Source: Eledone cirrhosa | Taxonomy: Eukaryota | Assembly (NCBI GenBank): GCA_964016885.1 | Contig: OZ024740.1 | Coordinates: forward strand, 110,608,001-110,672,000 | Direction of reading: 5' to 3' | Length of the DNA: 64,000 nucleotides | The notes under the pieces: generated by a model | Databases searched by the model: none | Told to the model about the DNA's origin: nothing | What the model saw: the letters and a program-made list of their open reading frames with translations, nothing else | Shown: in pieces, positions 1 to 13,909 of the stretch | How positions within the stretch are numbered: position 1 is the stretch's first letter | Layout: the number at the start of each line of letters is the position of its first letter | Position numbers and translations under genes: made by a program

Positions 1-356
1 ACAAGACAAAAATAATAGAAAATCAGGCTAAAAAACCAACGAGCGAATAGAAACAAAATGACAGGGAAATCTTGAATGAAATTTCATTCTAATCATTCAT
101 AAATTGGGAGCAATGAACGAATTGTAAATTAGGCATGCAATTACCAGCGTCCTTCTCAACACAACGATTTGTTTCATATGTCAAGTGTAAAAGGGTTACC
201 AACAACATGGCAAACTTTCAAGATTGGCTTTAACACAACTTTTTTTTCGACGTCCAATTGTTTGGGTGGTTATAAAAGTCAACGTTTGTTTTTTTTCCCT
301 TCTCCAGTGTTTGTAATTTATGCAGATTTTGAGAATAATTTATATATATTTTTCAA

Positions 357-357
<1 letters not shown>

Positions 358-398
<41 letters not shown>

Positions 399-607
399 GC
401 TTCTTCTTCTTCTTCTTCTTCTTCTTCTTCTTCTTCTTCTTCTTCTTCTTCTTCTTCTTCTTCTTCTTCTTCTTCTTCTTCTTCTTCTTCTTCTTCTTCT
501 TCTTCTTCTTCTTCTTCTTCTTCTTCTTCTTCTTCTTCTTCTTCTTCTTCTTCTTCTTCTTCGCCGTCGTCGTCGTCGTCGTCGTCGTCGTCATTCTTGT
601 TGTTCTA

Positions 608-700
<93 letters not shown>
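358..700. repeat. Compound trinucleotide microsatellite (CTA)n-(CTT)n-(CGT)n-(CTA)n
   Basis: Read directly; explains the poly-L/F/Y/K/T ORFs. Confidence 0.98.
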
Positions 701-701
<1 letters not shown>

Positions 702-887
702 GTTGCTGCTACTGCTGCTTTTGTTGTTATTGTTACTGTTACCGGCGTTGTTAGTCATGTAAATAATTATCTTAGTATCAGCATCTTATTACTTCCAAAA
801 TGTTTTTTAATGAATTCCATGGCTTAAAGAACCGAATAGTTAAATTGGATTCCGATTATATATATATATATATATGTGTGTATATAT

Positions 888-1109
888 AGTAATAATAATA
901 AATGTGAAGACTAAAATCCGAAGAGGGCTCGATAAGGATAAATATATATCAAAATATATAAAACCATAGAGCAAATATTTATTAAAATAACAGATTAAAG
1001 TTTAAGCAAAGAATCGGTGTTTTCACCCTTAACGGGATCTTCTGAAACTCAGAAGATCCCGTTAAAGGTGGTGAGATTCTTTGCTTAAACTTTAATCTGT
1101 TATTTTAAT

Positions 1110-1110
<1 letters not shown>
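888..1110. repeat. Interspersed repeat family A terminus with fold-back inverted repeat (centre ~1047)
   Basis: attaaaataacagattaaagtttaagcaaagaatc...gatcttctga is mirrored by tcagaagatccc...gattctttgcttaaactttaatctgttattttaat; related copies at ~16381-16525, ~33505-33548, ~44851-44878. Confidence 0.8.
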
Positions 1111-1157
<47 letters not shown>

Positions 1158-1400
1158 TATATATAATTTCAGCGAGATCGTATTTCAGTAGGGGCCAAAA
1201 CAAAACGAAACACAATCTTCGAGATACGCCGGCAAGCGCTCAATAGACTAAGAAGAAACCAGAGCATTTAACATGCGCTATAAAGGCCAGACAAAATGAA
1301 AACAGTGGTTGTGAAGTCAACAACCACGGTAGCCGAAAAACGAACAAGCTAAACAGGTTAACAAATAACAAATAATGTAATCATAAACTGAGAAAAACAT

Positions 1401-1627
1401 TTAAATATTATAAACCTAATTAATATACACTTTAGAAATTAATATATAAATTATTTTTAATTTAGTTAACCTGTAATTAATATTCTACTACTGATGAACT
1501 ACATAATTCTGCTTTAAATATTATAAACCTAATTAATATACACTTTAGAAATTAATATATAAACTATTTTTAATTTAGTTAACCTATAATTAATATTCTA
1601 CCACTGATGAACTACATAATTTTGCTT
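1401..1627. repeat. Tandem duplication of a ~115-bp AT-rich unit
   Basis: ttaaatattataaacctaattaatatacac...ctgatgaactacataatt occurs twice in tandem. Confidence 0.85.
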
Positions 1628-1964
1628 TCCTTCTTACAAATATCATTTCCGAAAACTGATACCATTAAGTAAACATATATAATGCTTTAACTTCAGGTTA
1701 TGACTCTATGTTCCTTGAAAACTATATATATTTACTATTTCTCACTAATAAATTTAATCCCCCCCCCAATAATTATATGTATATATAAGTGTGTATGTGT
1801 GTGTATATATATGTGTATGTATGTGTGCATGTATGTGTGTATATATATATGTATATATGTATGTGTATATGTGTGTATATATATATATATGTGCATATAT
1901 ATATATATGTGTGTATGTGTGTGTGTGTGTATGTGTATATATATGTATATATATATATATATAA

Positions 1965-2038
<74 letters not shown>

Positions 2039-2750
2039 ATGTGTATATATGTGTATATATATGTGTATATATATGTGTATATATATATATATAAGTATAT
2101 ATATATATATATATTATTTTCATATTCTTTTAATTTCCCCTTATCTTTAACAGCACTTTTCAACTGCATCTAACTCTTATTTATCATATCTATATGTATT
2201 AGTATAATTTTATCAATATAAATATACCCATCAATTAAATTAATTTTATATTCTTTTCATAGATGTATTTTTTTCACTAACTTTCTTATCTTATAACTTT
2301 GGTCACCTTAGATATTTGTATTGGCATTACTATTTTATAACAGCAACTGCTTGTATACCTTTTACTCACTACCTGACCTATTTTCACCCCTAAAATAAGC
2401 TTCAATTACTACTATTTTACCATTTGGCCAATTATTAACTTTCTATTGGTTAATTCTAAACCTCTTACCAAACAGACAGAATATATTAGATCTTTGTTGG
2501 TTTTATTCAATGAACAAATAAAATTATTTCTGAGGTCAGCATAAGACCTATTTCTTTCCTAAAATAATCCTTCATTCATAATATTCTTTTCCATCCAAAA
2601 CTGAAATCTACCTTCCTCTACCCATAATTTAAGGTTCTTCTAATACTATATTACTATCTTGACCCTCACTATCTCCTGATTGGTCAATTCAAACCTGTTC
2701 CCAAACAGACCTATTGTATTGAATCTTTGTTATTTTCAATAAACAAATAT

Positions 2751-2890
2751 CATTATTTCTGAAGACAGCAAATATATGTGTAGGTATGTATATTCCCTCT
2801 GATAGTTTGTATAAATATTGTACATAGATCTATAGAATATGCATACCAACTCTAACACATATATATCCTAGAAACGATCGTAAAATGATG
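2751..2890 (+). ncRNA. Type I hammerhead ribozyme with long stem II
   Basis: cattattt-CTGAAGA-[~105-nt hairpin: atatatgtg/cacatatat, ggtatgtatattc/gaatatgcatacc]-GAAAC-gatc-GTA-aaatgatg. Confidence 0.7.
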
Positions 2891-3090
2891 AATTTTTTTA
2901 AATATAAGGAACTGTTTCTTTGTTTATTCATTATTTTATTATTGACTCTGTTTTCCGTTTATTTTTCACCGAAAGTAGTTTTTGAATGCATCTTCTCTTT
3001 TCATGATATCCGGATTACATTGAGTTCTTCATACGGATTGGACACTACCGTAAACTTTTGGTAGATTTATCTACATATATATATATATAT

Positions 3091-3185
<95 letters not shown>

Positions 3186-3881
3186 CACAAAAAATTAGCA
3201 AACCATAGTCGAAGACTCGCGTTTCACCGAACAGATTTTCAACCCGTGAACGGCTGTTGTGAGAACGGAAGTGTATATGAGCTGAATGGATTCTGCCTGA
3301 CATACGGCGGTAGTTTTATGACAACGGGCGCAACTCAAAGTGGACTGACTTTCGCTTGAGTTCATTCATTCCGGGTTAGATTTATGGTTATCCCGGCTAT
3401 TTCCAGTTGCGTAACATATTCTTCACAGTATGGGGACAGCCATTACAAAATCGGTTCTTGTGCGAAGGCAAGTACTATTACGTAACCTATGCTTGATATT
3501 CACCCTTTCATCAATACACAGCAATTTCGTTGGATTATGCATATTAGATACGCTGCGAGGTTTATACCGCGACGATCCTATCGAGCCATAAAAGTGGTCT
3601 TAGAAAAGAACTAATAGCTATTCTGTTCTTGTTAAAGTAAGGGATACTTATGCCACAGAAGCAACCCAAATTAACGTGGTCCAGAATCACCATGGAGGTT
3701 ATTTGAAGAGAAAAAACAATTTAAACTAATAACAAAAGTTTTCATTAGCCAGTACGGTGAAAGCAAGCTTTGCTAAAAATCAATTTTTAACATCAATTTT
3801 TGTACATGATATAAAGATCCCATATATATATACCATGTGCGCTTTCCAACCCCCTTTTTAAAATCATTTTCCTTATATATA

Positions 3882-3960
<79 letters not shown>

Positions 3961-4061
3961 GTGTGAATTCCTTGGTACAGTTAGATATATTTAAAAAAAA
4001 AAGGAAAATAATGACTTCATTTCTAAACAATTTGATTTAATGTTTTCTTTTTTCCTTTATT

Positions 4062-4983
<922 letters not shown>

Positions 4984-5257
4984 GGAAAAAATGAAACGAA
5001 ATTTCATTTCTCACTCTTAGTACGGCTGTTACTTAAATATAAGTATGTATATGTACATACATATATGTATACAGATGTACAGTAGTATTTATATATATAT
5101 ACATACATGCACACATATATATATATGTACGTATCGGTTTTACCGAACATTTATTATAATGCTCGGTTTGTTTGTAAACAAACAAAAAACAGCCCGAATT
5201 AAGCCGTACAGTGTTTAGCAACCATCGTTGCCCTTTTGTTCAACACTGACAAAGGAA

Positions 5258-5298
5258 CGATGTACTAGTTTCAAGCTTATTAGCTATCGTCAGCATCG
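5258..5298 (-). ncRNA. Minimal type I hammerhead ribozyme (family B)
   Basis: Reverse complement reads cgatg-CTGACGA-tagctaataagctt-GAAA-ctag-TA-catcg. Confidence 0.8.
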
Positions 5299-5705
5299 TA
5301 TACCTTCCTGCCAGATGATTGAATGTCTGAAAGTATATACCTTCCTTATGCATATTAACGGCAGAGCAGCCTAATTTGCATATCGAGTGAGTTAGTAGGC
5401 TGGGCGCACCGAAAACGATAAATGGAAAAAATGAAACGAAATTTCATTTCTCACTCTTAGTACGGCCGTATACATATATGTATGTACGTCTGTATACATA
5501 TATGTATGTACGTATACATACTTATATTTAAGTAACAGCCGTACTTAGAGTGAGAAATGAAATTTCGTTTCATTTTTTCCAATTATCGTTTTCGGTGCAC
5601 CCAGCCGACTAACTAACTCGATATGCAAATTAGGCTGCTCAGCCGTTAATATGCATAAGGAAAGTATATACTTTCAGACGTTCAATCATCTGGTAGGAAG
5701 GTATA

Positions 5706-5746
5706 CGATGCTGACGATAGCTAATAAGCTTGAAACTAGTACATCG
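5706..5746 (+). ncRNA. Minimal type I hammerhead ribozyme (family B)
   Basis: cgatg-CTGACGA-t-agc-taataa-gct-t-GAAA-ctag-TA-catcg; palindromic short stem III. Confidence 0.8.
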
Positions 5747-5870
5747 TTCCTTTGTCAGTGTCGAAGAAAAGGGAAACGGTGGTTGCTAAACACTGTACGG
5801 CTTAATTCGGGCTGTTTGTTTGTTTACAAACAAACTGAGCATTATAATAAATGTTCGGTAAAACCGATAC

Positions 5871-5905
<35 letters not shown>

Positions 5906-6231
5906 CATTCATGTATATATATATATACATACTACTGTACGTCTGTATACATATATGTATGTACGTATACATACTTATATCTATATATATATATATATAC
6001 CGACCCCATTTCACGCGCACGCGTGCTCTGTTGAATACCTCAGATATTCAAAACAACGAACAGCGGAGGACATGTTTCGCACCTTTCCGACAGACAACCC
6101 CCCCCCAACCGGAAAAGACCCCAGTTGATGGATGTGAAGCCGAAATATATAGGGACAATTAAATCTTTCCCAAGGTAACTCTATCTCGTGTTATTATTTT
6201 TATTTTTATCTTATATATATATTTATATTAT

Positions 6232-6420
6232 GGCGGTGGATTGGCAGTATCGGTAGAGGGTCGGACGCCATGCTTTCCAGCATAGTTACCTCCCTTTACG
6301 ATCTGTGCTCAAATCCCGCCGAGGTTGACTTTGCCTTTCATCCTTACGGGGTCGATAAAATAAAGTACCAGTAATGCACTGGGTAATTGCTGGCATTGTG
6401 CCTAAAGTAGAAACAATTAT
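6232..6420 (+). mobile_element. tRNA-derived SINE family 1 (Nin/Deu-domain-like core)
   Basis: A-box-like tggcagtatcggtag, B-box-like (g)ttcaaatcc, core gactttgcctttcatccttacggggtcgataaaataaagtaccag, (att)n tail; about 13 copies in the window. Confidence 0.85.
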
Positions 6421-6614
6421 TTTTATTTTTATCCTTTACGCTATTTCCTACAGTCTTCTACACGCCACGCATTTCAACGTACGCCCACTTACATCTGTCT
6501 CTCCACCACCGGATCTTGTTACCCGGAGATTTACCCATCCGTATTGTCGAGGCTTCCAAACAACTTAAAGAAATTTACCTTATTATTCCACAATGCTTCA
6601 AGCAAACTTCAATA

Positions 6615-6691
<77 letters not shown>

Positions 6692-6693
<2 letters not shown>

Positions 6694-7634
6694 GAAAAAA
6701 TGAAACGAAATTTCATTTCCTACTCTTAGTACGGCTGTTACTTAAATATAAGTATGTACACGTACATACATATATGTATACAGACGTACAGTAGTATGTA
6801 TATATATATACATGCATGCACATATATATATATATATGTACGTATGGATTCAGCGAACATTTATTATAATGCTCGGTGTGTTTGTAAACAAACATCCCGT
6901 ATTAAGCCGTAGTGTCCAGCAACCATCGTTGCTCGTTTGTTCAACACTGACAAAGGAACGCTGTACTAGGTTCAAGCTTATTAGCTATCGTCAACAACGT
7001 ATACCTTCCTGCCAGATTGTTGAACGTATATACTTACCTTATGCATATTAATGGCTGAGTAGCCCAATTTGAATATCGAGTGGGTTAATTGGCCGGGTGC
7101 ATCGAAAACGATAAATGGAAAAAATGAAACGAAATTTCATTTCCCACTCTTAGTACGGCTGTTACTTAAATATAAGTATGTACACGTACATACATATATG
7201 TATACCGACGTACAGTAGTATGTATATATATACATACATGCACACATATATATATGTACGTATGGATTCACCGAACATTTATTATAATGCTCGGTGTATT
7301 TGTAAACAAACATCCCGTATTAAGCTGTAGTGTCCAGCAACCATCGTTGCTCGTTTGTTCAGGAAGGTATACGTTGGCAGGAAGGTATACGTTGCTGACG
7401 ATAGCTAATAAGCTTGAAACTAGTACAGCGTTCCTTTGTCAGTGTTGAACACACGAGCAACGATGGTTGCTGGACACTACGGCTTAATACAGGATGTTTG
7501 TTTACAAACACACCGAGCATTATAATAAATGTACGGTGAATCCATACGTACATGTATATATGTGTGCATGTATGTATATATATATATACATACTACTGTA
7601 CGTCTGTATACATATATGTATGTACGCGTACATA

Positions 7635-7640
<6 letters not shown>
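6692..7640. mobile_element. Retrozyme-like family B, second locus (tandem plus inverted copy)
   Basis: Monomer start recurs at ~6692 and ~7114; inversion at ~7360; intact HHR on + at 7390-7430, mutated HHR on - at ~6959-6999. Confidence 0.8.
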
Positions 7641-7681
<41 letters not shown>

Positions 7682-7847
7682 GTACATAATGTATGTATGT
7701 AGCTGTGGGTGTGAGTCTTAGTTTTGGTTTAAAACAGCAGAGACAACCCCTTAGATAAAAGTTTATTAATCGTTTTAGTCTTGTAGAACCCTTGAAGTAG
7801 TTTTCAAGTGTCAGTGACCCCCTGCATAAACAGTATTATATACCATT

Positions 7848-8207
7848 CAGTATTGGTAGAGGGTCGGACGCCATGCTTTGGCGCATAGAGTTACGGTCCT
7901 TGCCATTCTGAGTTCAAATCCCGCCGAGGTTAACTTTGCCTTTCATCTTTACGGGGTCGATAAAATAAAGTACCAGTAATGCACTGGATAATTGCTGGCC
8001 TTGTGCCAAAAAGTAGAAACAATTATTACTTGGCAATATCGGTAGAGCGTCGGACGCCAAGCTTTGCAGCATAGAGTTACGGCCCTTTATGATCTCAGTT
8101 CAAATCCCGCCGTGGTTAACTTTGCCTTTCATCCATACGGGGTCGACAAAAATATAGTACCAGTAATGCACTGACATATTGTGCCAAATGTAGAAACAAT
8201 TATTATT
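7848..8207 (+). mobile_element. Two tandem SINE family 1 copies
   Basis: Same core as 6232-6420, twice. Confidence 0.85.
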
Positions 8208-8763
8208 ATCTATCTCTTTTATATTTTTATCGTTGTTCACGTGGTAAACGTAATATATTTTTTCGAATAACTGGTTTATTTATCATATATAGCTTATTTA
8301 TCACTGTTTCTCGAGTAATCCCTAGCGACCTCTTACTGAACCCCTGGTAACACCGATTGAGAAACGCTGCTCTAGCTTGTTAGTGGTATGACCACTATAG
8401 TTATCTACCTATATATCTAGCTATCTTTGGCCAATAACATCAAATCACGAACCACAACAGCAGTTCGAAGATAGATATGTAAGCAAAACAGTCATCGAAA
8501 TTTAGTGGATCTACCTTTGATAATCATTAAACGAAATATGTAAGAACTTATTATAATTAATTTGACTTATATGAATATAGAATGGAATACGACGATGGAG
8601 TTCTAACCCAAGATTTATTCAAGTAAACTCTCTCACTTTTGACGGGTACTATGCTAATATGTATATATATATATATATATGCAGAGGTTATATTTAATTT
8701 GTTGGGATTCAACAAGCTTAAAAAATGTTATAACTGATATAAATCACTCAACAGTTAGTAGAG

Positions 8764-9058
8764 TATATATACAATATATTAACAAATGGAAACTATATTT
8801 ATAAAACCATACTTATTTTATTATACATATTTCAAGGGCCACCAAGGCAAATTATGGTGCGCTTTCATCAGATAAAATACAATACAGATTTGTTTTATAA
8901 ATATATATTGACATACCCTGAAAAAAGACAACCTTAACGGTTGGAGCTTCCTGGATAAGGTTGTCTTTTTTAAGGGTATGTCAATATTGAAATATGTGTA
9001 ATAAAATAAATATGGTTTTATAAATAGAGTTTCCATTTGTTAATATATTGTATATATA
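8764..9058. mobile_element. Fold-back PLE-like terminus with HHR (minus strand, 8814-8879)
   Basis: Inverted outer arms ending in (TA)n; minus strand tattttat-CTGATGA-aag..cacca/tggtg..ctt-GAAA-tatgta-TA-ataaaata. Confidence 0.65.
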
Positions 9059-9073
9059 TATATATATATATAT

Positions 9074-9156
<83 letters not shown>

Positions 9157-10019
9157 GGAGAGATGGAGAGAGAGAGATAACGAGATGAGAGACAATAGTG
9201 TGTGTGTGTATGCGTGTCTGTGTGTGTATGTGTGTGTATATCTTGTTTCCTAGATATGTGCTGTCAGCATTAATTTAATAAAGTGATATACAACTAATAT
9301 ATACACGAACGTAATCTGAAATTGGTGTCATATCCTTCACTACACGTTTACACACACCTTACTCACATACATACACACACACATATATAAATATATATAT
9401 ATACACACGCATACACACACCTGTATATAAATTTACACACACAGACACAGACACACATACACACACGTGTGCGTGTGTTTATTTTTACTCATATGTGAAA
9501 TTAGTTACAATGTAACATTTACACCACCTTACAAGCATATTTGCATAGATTCACGACCGCTTATAGTATTTACATTGACATTTGAGACAAATTATTGAAT
9601 TTAAAGTTGATTTTTTTCTTTTTTTTTCTAAATCGAGGTATTCAAGTACAGTCAACAGTATTTATGGAACGGTAGCCTACTACAGAGACACCGCGTGCTG
9701 TGATGTAAATATACCGCCGTGAAATAGTTCCTCTTAAAAGATATCACCAAATGCACTGTTTATATGAATAATCCAAATTCAACATTGCTAAGTTAATGCA
9801 CTCGTATATACACCATACATTAAAGGGATTAATGTTTGAGTTAGCGTATTAATTAGTTAAGCCTACTAAATACACCAACGTTTATTTTAATACGCGGAGC
9901 TTACATGGTTACTAGCGTGGTTGTGATTCACAATATTGCACCTTCAAACTAACTATTTTGCGATCGATCCTACTGTGCAGCACTTTCGAGGGTAAGTGAA
10001 CAGAAATAAAATCATGGGA

Positions 10020-10400
10020 AAAATGTCAGAATTTGGGAAAATGTCTTCGGGGAAAAAACTTCACATTTTCAGTGTTTTTCCGAAAAAAACCCACATTTTC
10101 GGTTTCTTTAGGCAAAAAGTCAGTCTTTGACCTCTTTCCCCACACTTTTGGTGTCTTTAGAGAAAAAAGCCACACTTTGGGCAATTGTCTTCGGGGAAAA
10201 AAATCCACATTTTCGGTGTCTTTGATGAAAAAGTAACATTTTCGGCAAGTGTCTGGGAGAAAGATAAGTTACACTTCAGGGTGGTGTCTCTGGGGCACAA
10301 AAAAAAAAGACAAAACACCCCTCACTTTTTGCCTTGCAAACGGGAATAAAAACACAGGGGGAAAAAAAAAAACTCTGGTCAAGCGTCTTCGAGCAGTAGT
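10020..10400. repeat. Degenerate minisatellite (gaaaaaa-cacattttcggtgtctt units)
   Basis: Repeated ~30-40-bp motifs. Confidence 0.6.
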
Positions 10401-10817
10401 CTATGGAAAAAATACTTGTCCAGGATGTCATGACTCGGAATCGAACTTCTTAAGTATCTAGTTACGCTGGCTTCCTATATTCACGAAATATTACTATGTT
10501 GTATGTATATGTTATAAATGTGAGTGTTGTTCATTATGTTGTTCATTTACTATATATATATATGAAATATAGTCGTCTAAACGTAAATGACTCTAACAAT
10601 AGACTATCGCTTTAAATGATACTTGAGAAAATCCTTAACAATTACCACTGAAGACGGAAAAGGGGGACAAGTGCGCCCCTACCCAATTTTTCCGTCTTCG
10701 GGTGTATTTTATTCGATTTTCTTAACTATTATAGTGACCGAATATTGTTATAGTTATTTACGTGGTGTCGACGAGATTTCACATTTCAAAATCCTGTAGC
10801 ACAACTTCCAGAGGGTC

Positions 10818-10889
<72 letters not shown>

Positions 10890-11039
10890 CGCATGCACGA
10901 GAAATTCATTTGCCTTCATTGTGAATAGGTACCATAGTTCATATATTAACTATAAACTATTCAACTAAGTCTGGTATATTACTCTTAAAAATAGAAAAAG
11001 GCGGAGAGAGACACCTGGAATCACTCATCTGCCGAGACC

Positions 11040-11930
11040 ACCAAGACAATATATCTGATTTTTTCTTTTGTTCTTCATTTCTGAATTTACTTTAAATTTT
11101 ATCTATTAACCAGTTTTCAAATTGTTACAGACGTCACTATTGTATAACCCCTACCGGGTATATCTACAAATTTTAACGGAAAGGTTGGAATAATTTTCTG
11201 CTGTAAATTGTGTCATTGTGAGATACTTTTTAGGTTCTTTGATTGGTGTTTGCTGTTGATCGTTGATAATTTTTGTTTCTTTCACTAGGTCTTTCAATGT
11301 TGTGATTCGGAACACCATTGTTACCCTTGGATCATATACACATATTGAGATACAGGATATCTAGATCAACCTTTCGTCTAGAAATGCTAAGATTAGATAG
11401 AGCCAGTTCCTTTCCTCTTTTAATTGCACAATTAAATTCAAGGGACATTTTTGTTGTTTAAGAAAGTTCATCACGCCGAATTTATTATAGTTCTTGGTCA
11501 ACCACTATGGAATGACCCACCTCGTGTTTGAGGATTGCCATTAATAAAAGCTCAAATGAAGGTGTATGTCTGTCTTTTTGTAAAATATATCTGTTGTAAT
11601 GTTGATGTTACGTAATGTTCCGAGGATGTCCATAAATGTAGCTTTTCTCACAAGTATCTTGTTGGGAATCTAATGAATATGTGGAGATCGTTTAAAATGA
11701 GAAATATTTCTCGCTCAAGTGTTTAAAAAATAAAGCATTTGCCGAGAAAGCGTTTCCACTTCTCGAAAAAATATGACCAAATGTTGTTTCTACTACATGA
11801 TGTACTTTCTTTTCTAGTAATCCAATCACAGGTTTAGCATTCGATGGAGCTAACACATTTTTAAATTGTGTGCCGAATGTGTTCTTTCTTCTGCCTCCAA
11901 TAATTTCAATGGAATACATTTTTAAACACA
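11040..11930 (-). pseudogene. Decayed Neptune-like PLE reverse transcriptase relic
   Basis: Translated fragments FGTQFKNVLAPSNAKPVIGLLEKKV and NITTDIFYKKTD resemble GTKFAPVYANSVMGYLEQQL and TITTDIYYKHTD of the intact PLE in this window. Confidence 0.65.
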
Positions 11931-12393
11931 TCTTACTTTCTTCTTCTTGCCTTCTTCCTTTCTTTTTTTCTCTTTCTTTTTCTCCTGTTTTTACGAGGCT
12001 ATCATTGCTATGAAACGCACAATAACTTCTAGTTGTCACATAAAACCATATGTGTATCTGTTATGGCTTGATTGCTATAAGTTATTGTTTTGTCTTGTCT
12101 TTTACTCCACGGGCAGCACTTTTGCGTATGTCAGACGCTGTGGCCTCGAGCGGACCAGCAGTATCTTACGTAGGGATCGAAATTGTCAGAAATACATCTG
12201 GACGGTTGAAGACTTTGGTGGGCTGTCTTTCGTTTTATTTAAAAAAAAACATTTTAAGGTTTCCCCTTGAAAAAGTTTTATTCGTTTTGCATTGTTTTCG
12301 ATCGTTGTCTTCTCTATTGATTTTACTAATTTTATTATATATATATATATATATAATACAATTAATAAAATCAATAGAGAAGACAACGATATA

Positions 12394-12431
<38 letters not shown>

Positions 12432-12433
12432 TG

Positions 12434-12472
<39 letters not shown>

Positions 12473-12491
12473 ATATAAATTAAAGAATCCA

Positions 12492-12580
12492 CAAACCTGA
12501 TGAGCTATCGATTCCAGAGTCGGGCCCGATCGATAGCGATCGTACCTTCAGATGATCTATCACGAAACGTGCGTCACGCG
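12492..12580 (+). ncRNA. HHR-like motif with expanded stem II region
   Basis: CTGATGA-gctatcgat...atcgatagc-spacer-GAAAC-gtgc-GTC; stem I poor. Confidence 0.4.
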
Positions 12581-12644
12581 TGAATAAACATAATGATGCC
12601 ATATTGATACCTCGTTCCTAGTCATTAGTATTATTAACACTGTG

Positions 12645-12832
12645 TTGGGTTGCAGTATCGGTAGAGGGTCGGACGCCATGCTTAGCAGCATAGAGTTACG
12701 GCCCTTGCCATTCTGAGTTCAAATCCCGCCGAGGTTAACTTTGCCTTTTATCCTTTCGGGGTCGAGAATATAAAGTACCAGTAATGCACTGAGATAATTG
12801 CTGGCCTTGTGCCAAAAGTAAAAACAATTATT
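12645..12832 (+). mobile_element. SINE family 1
   Basis: Shared core sequence. Confidence 0.85.
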
Positions 12833-12941
12833 AACACTGTGCTTCGTAAGGATACAGAATACTGTGCAATACCAAACGTATCATATCGCATCGGCAACTG
12901 AACCCACTTTGGCATTGACTGCTCAGACACACCAATACACT

Positions 12942-13121
<180 letters not shown>

Positions 13122-13132
13122 TATATATATAT

Positions 13133-13325
13133 TTAATATAGAAATGGCTTCTACAGGAGTAGAACTGTTTCATTCGGGAGAAATCATCAGAAGGCCCTGC
13201 TGATTTCTCCCGAAGAAACAGTTCTAGTCCTGTAGAAGCCATTTCTATATTAAATATTTATGCTCATACTCTGCTATGTATTGAGTACCTTACTTACTGT
13301 GGTTACCCCGATTGAACCTGGGATA
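13133..13325. mobile_element. Family C HHR-bearing terminus with fold-back
   Basis: Palindrome centred ~13195; family consensus CTGATGA-tttctcccgaat-GAAA-cag-tt; copies at ~39555-39690, ~41130-41295, ~45745-45942, ~43265-43340. Confidence 0.65.
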
Positions 13326-13370
<45 letters not shown>

Positions 13371-13455
13371 CATTAATATGGTTCATTGATTACTCAATGA
13401 ATATAGTTTTACAATAGATTAAAAGCACTCTAGAAGAAAGTTTTCTGGAGTTATT

Positions 13456-13812
13456 ATTATTCAGAATAATAATAAATGAAGACATTCACATAATCAAAAT
13501 ATGTTTTATTATATATATTTCGAAGGTACTGTGATGTTTTTTTCAGTACGTCCTCGTCAGATAAAATACATGAATTGATGTATGACATACCTCAACTGTC
13601 CTTGATAGTTCAATTCCAGTATTGGCAGTATTGGCAGTACTGCTAATACTGGAATTGAACTATCAAGGACAGTTGAGGTATGTCATACATCAATTCATGT
13701 ATTTTATCTGACGAGGACGTACTGAAAAAAACATCACAGTACCTTCGAAATATATATAATAAAACATATTTTGATTATGTGAATGTCTGCATTTATTATT
13801 ATTCTGAATAAT
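13456..13812. mobile_element. ~355-bp near-perfect palindrome with an HHR in each arm (+13702-13764, -13504-13566)
   Basis: ttttat-CTGACGA-gga-cgtactg...cagtac-cttc-GAAA-tatata-TA-ataaaa; arms mirror around ~13635. Confidence 0.75.
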
Positions 13813-13822
13813 ATATATATAT

Positions 13823-13909
<87 letters not shown>

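Larger units (their letters stand above)
4981..5985. mobile_element. Retrozyme-like family B (440-bp HHR monomer): tandem redundancy plus inverted copy
   Basis: aatggaaaaaatgaaacg at 4981 recurs at 5421; inversion near 5470-5500; both outer ends abut (TA)n. Confidence 0.8.

Noticed and set aside
1005-1050. Family A motif CAGAAGA-tccc-gttaa-gggt-GAAA as an active HHR
   Set aside because: Non-canonical core and no convincing stem III or NUH in three copies; at most a degenerate relic
3185-3700. Possible mariner transposase relic
   Set aside because: Could not recover consistent DD34D motifs by eye
5305-5345. Possible second, opposite-polarity HHR in family B (CAGATGA...GAAAgtatatac)
   Set aside because: Core is CAGAUGA, not CUGANGA; not conserved in the 7.0k and 16.8k copies; no stem I
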